A stretch of DNA of 64,000 nt from Dimorphilus gyrociliatus (lineage: Eukaryota; Animalia; Annelida). The stretch is taken from contig CAJFCJ010000054.1 of assembly GCA_904063045.1 (NCBI GenBank), positions 1 through 64,000 on the forward strand, read 5' to 3'. Under the pieces are notes generated by a model, which was given only the letters and a program-made list of their open reading frames with translations, had not been told where the DNA came from and made no database searches. The position numbers were made by a program, and so were the translations under genes. Below, one piece after another: positions 58,900-64,000 of the stretch (positions within the stretch are counted from its first letter, which is position 1; every line of letters starts with the position of its first letter).

Positions 58900-59255
58900 T
58901 TATATCACACATACTGTATAAAATATAATCATTAGATTAGGGCCACATGCCAAACATGTGCCACTGCAAACAGGCCTGCCTCATCAGCATCTGGTATTTG
59001 ATATGTATCTTTTCCATGTTCTTTGTTCCTTTGTTAATTCCCAAGTAGACAATGTCTCTTACAGTTAAAGAGTCTATTTCTTACGAAATAGAGTTCTTTC
59101 TAAAGTACTGAAAGCTAACAATATGAATTAAAAGTTTTTCTAAAGTTCCACTATTATAATTGCTATGAAATAGAAGTATTTCTATAGTTGCACCATTGTA
59201 ATTCCTATAAAATAGAAGTCTTTCTAATGTTGCCTTATATCTAAAGTCTAAGTAT
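58900..59255 (-). mobile_element. Inverted copy of the 5' part of LTR-like family A
   Basis: Reverse complement matches 27130-27380 (subrepeats, AACATGGAAAAGAT, GTGTGATATAACAG). Confidence 0.6.
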
Positions 59256-59289
59256 TCGTTCACTCATTATTTCTAAGTGCACAGTGAAA

Positions 59290-59798
59290 AAAATTTTAGT
59301 GTAACAAAAAATATGGGAAGAGGTGGAGTAATGATTTGGGGACCAATAACCTCAGATGGGGTGTTTGAGGTTTGGAGGATTAGTCAAAACTTGGCAGCCC
59401 AAACATATAGCTGATTTGTTGTGGAAAATGTTCTTCCTGTCACTGAAGAGATATCACTCAAAATGGGCCGGAATTATGCCTTCCAACAAGACAACTCAGG
59501 CTGCCACACTGCAAGAGCTAATAGGAGGGCCTTTAGAATGAATGGTATAAATCCAATTGATTGGCCAGCAAAGAGCCCTGACCTTAGCCCAATAGAAAAT
59601 ATGTGGCACCTGACAAAGAATTTAGTGTATGATGGGGCACAATTTCAATCTGGGAATGAACTGTGGGAGAAAATTAAAAAATGTTCATAACAGGTTATAA
59701 GACAAAGTCCTGACTTGCTACAAAAATTATATACAGGGATGGGGGGTAGGATTAGTAAATGCATTGAAAATGAGGGTTGTCATATTCAGAAATATTAA
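59290..59798 (+). mobile_element. 5'-truncated Tc1 (DD34E) transposase with stops
   Basis: GRGGVMIWG, FQQDNSGCH, WPAKSPDLSPIENMW, RISKCIENEG..KY*. Confidence 0.85.
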
Positions 59799-60709
59799 AA
59801 TTATAAATCCCCCAAACATTGTCAGAGTAATAATGTCTCAAGACCAAATAAGAAAAAAATCATTAAAAAATCAATAATAAGAAAGCAAAAGCACTTATGT
59901 AAAAACTTAACTAAATGATATTTAAAAGAAACTCATGTGTAACTCTTCTTGCCTGAATGACTGACATATCATACACAAATAATGATTTCCAGATGATGGC
60001 AACAGATAAGGTTAAAGCCATATTTCCTCAACTAGGGAATAATATATGACATAGATGCATATGTCATAGATTCACTATCCACAATACCAAGACAGTCTGT
60101 AAATTATATACAGCCCACTAGTGAATACTGGACTTTCCCTCTCCCCTTCAAACACAATCCAAACACATTAGAGAATAATTATGAGATGACAAAGAGCTGG
60201 ATTCCAGGCCTTTCATTCAGAGCCTATTTACAATGATGAGTTTGAAATTGGAATTAAATAATCCATATTAAACTGAAGTGCATTCCTCTCTTAAATGAAA
60301 ATAGGAAGAGATTTTAATTTTGTAAAATTGCCTAAATAAGAAAAATAGCTAGGATCAATAATATTTCTAAAAATTGCGTACATTGTTGATGGCATTTGAA
60401 GAATTTTTATATACTTTATTCAATTATATATTAAAAAGAACATTTTATTATATAGTTTTCTTACTAAGGTGATAAAAAACAAATTAATGTTGCCAGTCTC
60501 TTTCAAAAGTGCAAGATAGGCTAATGAATGTGAATAGGACAGGTTGTTTATTGAGAATTCTCTTCAATTATATCTAAAAAGTACTAAAAACTTTTATGAT
60601 TTTCATAACCAACCCTAAAATAATCTAAAGGCTTTGCATGACTATATAAATGGTTGATTTTAAAATAGAACTCAACAAATAGGGCTAGAGGAGTGAATAT
60701 TTTAAAAAA

Positions 60710-61315
60710 ATGCAGAAATTTCTTTTAGTTTTACTAAATATAATTCTACTGCAAACTTCATTGCAAACCCTTTTGCTGAATGAAATAAATTATGAACAAG
60801 ATTATATAGAGATTAAGAATGTTGGATCAAGTGCTGTAGATTTAACTCCAATTTATCTTTCTGTCATAGTTCTTAAAGGTGGTACACCTACAATGCATAA
60901 TCCTTCTGGATTACATGGTTCCATACAACCAAACGACTTTCACGTAATTCAATTTGACCCTGTTAGAAATAAAAGAGCTGTTCAATTAACACTAGATTAT
61001 TTCTATCTTCCAACAGGTGGCCCAAGAGCAGTACTATCCAGAAATAAAATTGAAATATTTCTGAGAAAAAATCTTACAAATCTAAAAGTAATAATTTCAA
61101 AAGAAGACAACTACTTGACAGGTCATTATCTAAATATCAAATTCAACAATTTCAACATTTTGACAAGCGTCTATGGAGGACTAATTGGAGATATTGGAAG
61201 AAAAAATGTTAATGTTATTCCATCTGCTCAGAGTCATACTAGTGCTATTTTTCAAATTAATGGAAAGTATGTTGAAGCAATAAAGCCCAGCAACCAGGCT
61301 TTATCCATCTACTAA
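60710..61315 (+). CDS. Intronless secreted protein with a bacterial-type lamin-tail-domain (LTD)-like N-terminus
   Basis: Signal MQKFLLVLLNIILLQTSLQ; LLLNEINY..DYIEIKNVGSSAVDLT..L..GSIQPNDFHVI; TATAAA at 60645; AATAAA just after the stop. Confidence 0.7.
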   Translation: MQKFLLVLLNIILLQTSLQTLLLNEINYEQDYIEIKNVGSSAVDLTPIYLSVIVLKGGTPTMHNPSGLHGSIQPNDFHVIQFDPVRNKRAVQLTLDYFYLPTGGPRAVLSRNKIEIFLRKNLTNLKVIISKEDNYLTGHYLNIKFNNFNILTSVYGGLIGDIGRKNVNVIPSAQSHTSAIFQINGKYVEAIKPSNQALSIY

Positions 61316-61502
61316 TAAATTATTAACATAAAAAGAATTTAGATGTTTAGTTTCAGAGTTTTATTGAATAAGAAGGAAAAAAAAAACAAAATGCTTTTAA
61401 AGGCAATTATCCCATTGCATACATAAATTATCACTTATTCTTTGACTTCTCTGTCTAGATTAGTAAAATATAAAAGAATTGGTGCAGAGATAAGAAAAAC
61501 AG

Positions 61503-62423
61503 ATGAATTCTTCAAATATTGGCTATAAAGTTTTGTATGATGTAACCAAATTTCAGAGTGTTGCATTAAAATTACTTTTATATCTGGAATTAATCTTTGG
61601 ATTCTTTCTATCATCTCTAATTTTATTGCTGTTTATTATATCGAAATCTGCTAGAGAATCTTTTGGATATTTCATCTTTCCGCTATCTTTAAATAACCTC
61701 CTTTTAGTTTTATGGTTTTTCTTCATCAATGTTAGCACAGATAGTGGATTTGTGATTGAATTATCTCCAATAATGTGTTCAGTAATATTAATTGTACCCA
61801 GTTTAATGAATACTCAATCTCAGTTCAATTTTTTGGGTTTACTTTCAACTAGATATTTATTAATAAATTATCCTTTTAAATATAATCAATATTGTAATAT
61901 AAAAGTAAAATTGTTTTCCTTGATACTCGTAAATCTTTCATCAATTTTCCTCTCGTTAATTCCAATATTTTCAGATTTATCAGATCCTCTGATTTGTTTT
62001 AATTTTGTTTCAAAGCAAGGTGTAGTATTTTATATATATTTTGTACTTTCTTTTGGACCAATTCTGGCAAGTTTATTATTATATTTTCTAATTTTAAAAG
62101 TGGCTAGAAGACATGCAAAATTAATGAATACTCAAATGAAACAATCTCAATCAATATCTAAATCATCAAAAATTACAGTATTCCAGCTATTGTTTGTTGT
62201 AATTCTATGGATATGTTATCTTATTCTTTTAAAAAAATTTTCATCCAATCTGCTTAGCATCAGTTACAAAATATCTCTTATTTTGGAAATAATTTTGTTA
62301 ATGGCACCTGGAATTATATCATTTATACTTTTGATCAGTAATGTTCATGTTAAAGTCCTGTCAAAGAAATATTTGAATTGCAATGGCCAGATATTTCCTT
62401 CAGAAAATAACTCTATCGCTTGA
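61503..62423 (+). CDS. Intronless divergent class A (rhodopsin-like) orphan GPCR
   Basis: Seven hydrophobic segments; PLSLNNLL (TM2), C at top of TM3, STRYLLINYPFKY in place of DRY..P, LYFLILKVARRH after TM5. Confidence 0.85.
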   Translation: MNSSNIGYKVLYDVTKFQSVALKLLLYLELIFGFFLSSLILLLFIISKSARESFGYFIFPLSLNNLLLVLWFFFINVSTDSGFVIELSPIMCSVILIVPSLMNTQSQFNFLGLLSTRYLLINYPFKYNQYCNIKVKLFSLILVNLSSIFLSLIPIFSDLSDPLICFNFVSKQGVVFYIYFVLSFGPILASLLLYFLILKVARRHAKLMNTQMKQSQSISKSSKITVFQLLFVVILWICYLILLKKFSSNLLSISYKISLILEIILLMAPGIISFILLISNVHVKVLSKKYLNCNGQIFPSENNSIA

Positions 62424-63069
62424 ACTGTTTTTGTTTTTCTCAATAGACTGAAGCTATTAGTAATCGTCAAAAAACTCATAATATTCTATGTTTTGTTTAG
62501 AGTCCTTCTAATGATTATCTCTCTAAATTGATGAATGTCATCTTGACTATGCTATGAATGTATGAATGTATGAATGTCTGTCAGACATCTCCCAAAATAG
62601 CACCCTGAAAATATTTTACAGGCTTCCTCCTACGTCGGGCACGTTTGATCTTGTTGTATTGGGACAATATACCAGATGTGAGGTCGGGAGTGTTGAAAAA
62701 AGTATATAAAGTGCTTAATAAATGTGTTGATTTTGGCAATTTTTGCAATCGTTACACATTACAGTTAGTTGTACAAGACTACTGTTTTCTTATCATTGCT
62801 ATAGCTACACTCCTCAATAATAGTTTAATGAACTAGTTAAAAGACAGACTGGAAGGTTCTATTTATGTGAGTACTTTGGTAAGTTTACAATTTCAATTCT
62901 TAGTCATTGATTTTGCTTCCAATTTCATCAAAATCAGCCTAGTAATATAATTCATTCTAATGGAACTGATGTAAATATTTTCTATTGTAAATGGAATAGT
63001 TCTAAACATCAATTTTGGGGTATTTTTCCTTTGACTGTTTCCCACAAACAATTGGGACCCTTGAAGTGT

Positions 63070-64000
63070 GAGAATTCTGTTCAAACAAACCCTTTACAAA
63101 CCCAAGCCCAATCTTAAAAGTAAATATAAGAATGAAAATATAAGTAGGTTTTTTCTAGTTTCGTTCTTCTATTTAATCTAGACAACTTGGATTGAAAAAG
63201 TTACTGTTTACAAAGAAACCATTTACAAACGCAACGTAAGAATGAAAGTATAAGTAGCTATTTTCTAGTTTCGTTTTTCTATTTAATCTAGACAACTTGG
63301 ATAAGACTGAAAGCACATAGGCGCTTCTTTTCACTTAGCAAATAAACACAATTTGTTGTCAATGGTTGGCTTTTTTTATTTAGGCCATTCATAGCTTTTT
63401 CTTTCACATGTTTTCACAGGGAAAAGAGAAAGCAAAAAGCTAGCAGAGAAAAAAAACCATGGATGCTGTTAGAAGACTACTATTGACCAAACATGAAACA
63501 AAGTTGCAAAAATTACTTGATAATAAAAACAATTTTTTTTTCGCTACCGACTTTCTTGTACAGGAAGGCGTCTACAACTGTGAACAAGGTCAAGACAATA
63601 AGCAGAGCTATGAAGAAAGCAATGACAAAGCAAATATAATAGATGCAACTATTAATGATATTTTCAACAATGAATTCTCCCTGACGGGACTGTTCAGTGA
63701 AATGGACAATAAACAATCACAACAGTTGGCTCAAAACTTTACCGACGAAAAGAAAGTTGAAGTTTGGGAAAATTTGATAAAACTTGTCAAAATGAGGCGA
63801 AAAGAAGAACTTTCAAATGTTCCAATCCTTCCATTGAGACAAAATAATAGACAAAAATTAGATAGTTTTAGAGTTCCATTAAAACTGTCACAGACTAAGG
63901 AAAATGTTGAAAATGAAGAAACAACAGTTGAACTTGAGGAAGAAGAGGTTTTTCAAGAAATATTTGAAAAAAAAATAAAAGAAAAGAAATGGATATTTGT
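63070..64000. repeat. Inverted segmental duplication of ~42670-43490 (NLR upstream region and 5' CDS)
   Basis: Near-identical reverse complement; this copy has an extra ~115-bp tandem unit at ~63125-63300. Confidence 0.92.
63459..64000 (+). CDS. Second copy of the NLR gene (5' 180 codons; runs off the window just before Walker A)
   Basis: MDAVRRLLLTKHETKLQ...KEKKWIFV open to the window edge; three substitutions seen by eye versus the 43213 copy. Confidence 0.88.
   Translation, partial: MDAVRRLLLTKHETKLQKLLDNKNNFFFATDFLVQEGVYNCEQGQDNKQSYEESNDKANIIDATINDIFNNEFSLTGLFSEMDNKQSQQLAQNFTDEKKVEVWENLIKLVKMRRKEELSNVPILPLRQNNRQKLDSFRVPLKLSQTKENVENEETTVELEEEEVFQEIFEKKIKEKKWIF

Noticed and set aside
60710-62423. 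Bacterial contaminant segment explaining the two intronless genes
   Set aside because: One gene is a class A GPCR, composition matches the flanks, and eukaryotic TATA/polyA signals and host repeats surround them

Overview
AT-rich eukaryotic (animal) genomic DNA with very short GT-AG introns (about 50-70 nt); no rRNA, tRNA, CRISPR or operon-like structure seen. Intron size and gene repertoire suggest a compact lophotrochozoan genome such as a small annelid (inference only). The window looks like a TE-riddled immunity/chemosensory neighbourhood. Host genes: a 2486-aa intronless CARD-like/NACHT/LRR/NACHT/LRR 'double NLR' (35753-43213, -) with a near-identical inverted copy starting at 63459 (+); decayed LRR paralogues; a two-exon prepro-peptide with acidic propiece and a +9 four-Cys mature peptide (AMP-like); a secreted discoidin protein; an EGF-PAN-fucolectin-PAN lectin; a multi-CUB protein; a PLAC8 protein; an NRF-6-like acyltransferase; an IAP-type RING; an intronless secreted protein with a bacterial-type lamin-tail domain; an orphan GPCR; and three LGR/RXFP-type GPCR relics. 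Mobile DNA: Mutator/Phantom-like elements (one apparently intact spliced PHD-FLYWCH-MULE transposase), ~207-bp MITEs with 9-bp TSDs carrying a telomere-like G-quadruplex motif, one full-length and several fragmentary Tc1 elements, and Gypsy and BEL/Pao remnants. All calls come from by-eye motif recognition and manual translation; no database searches were run.
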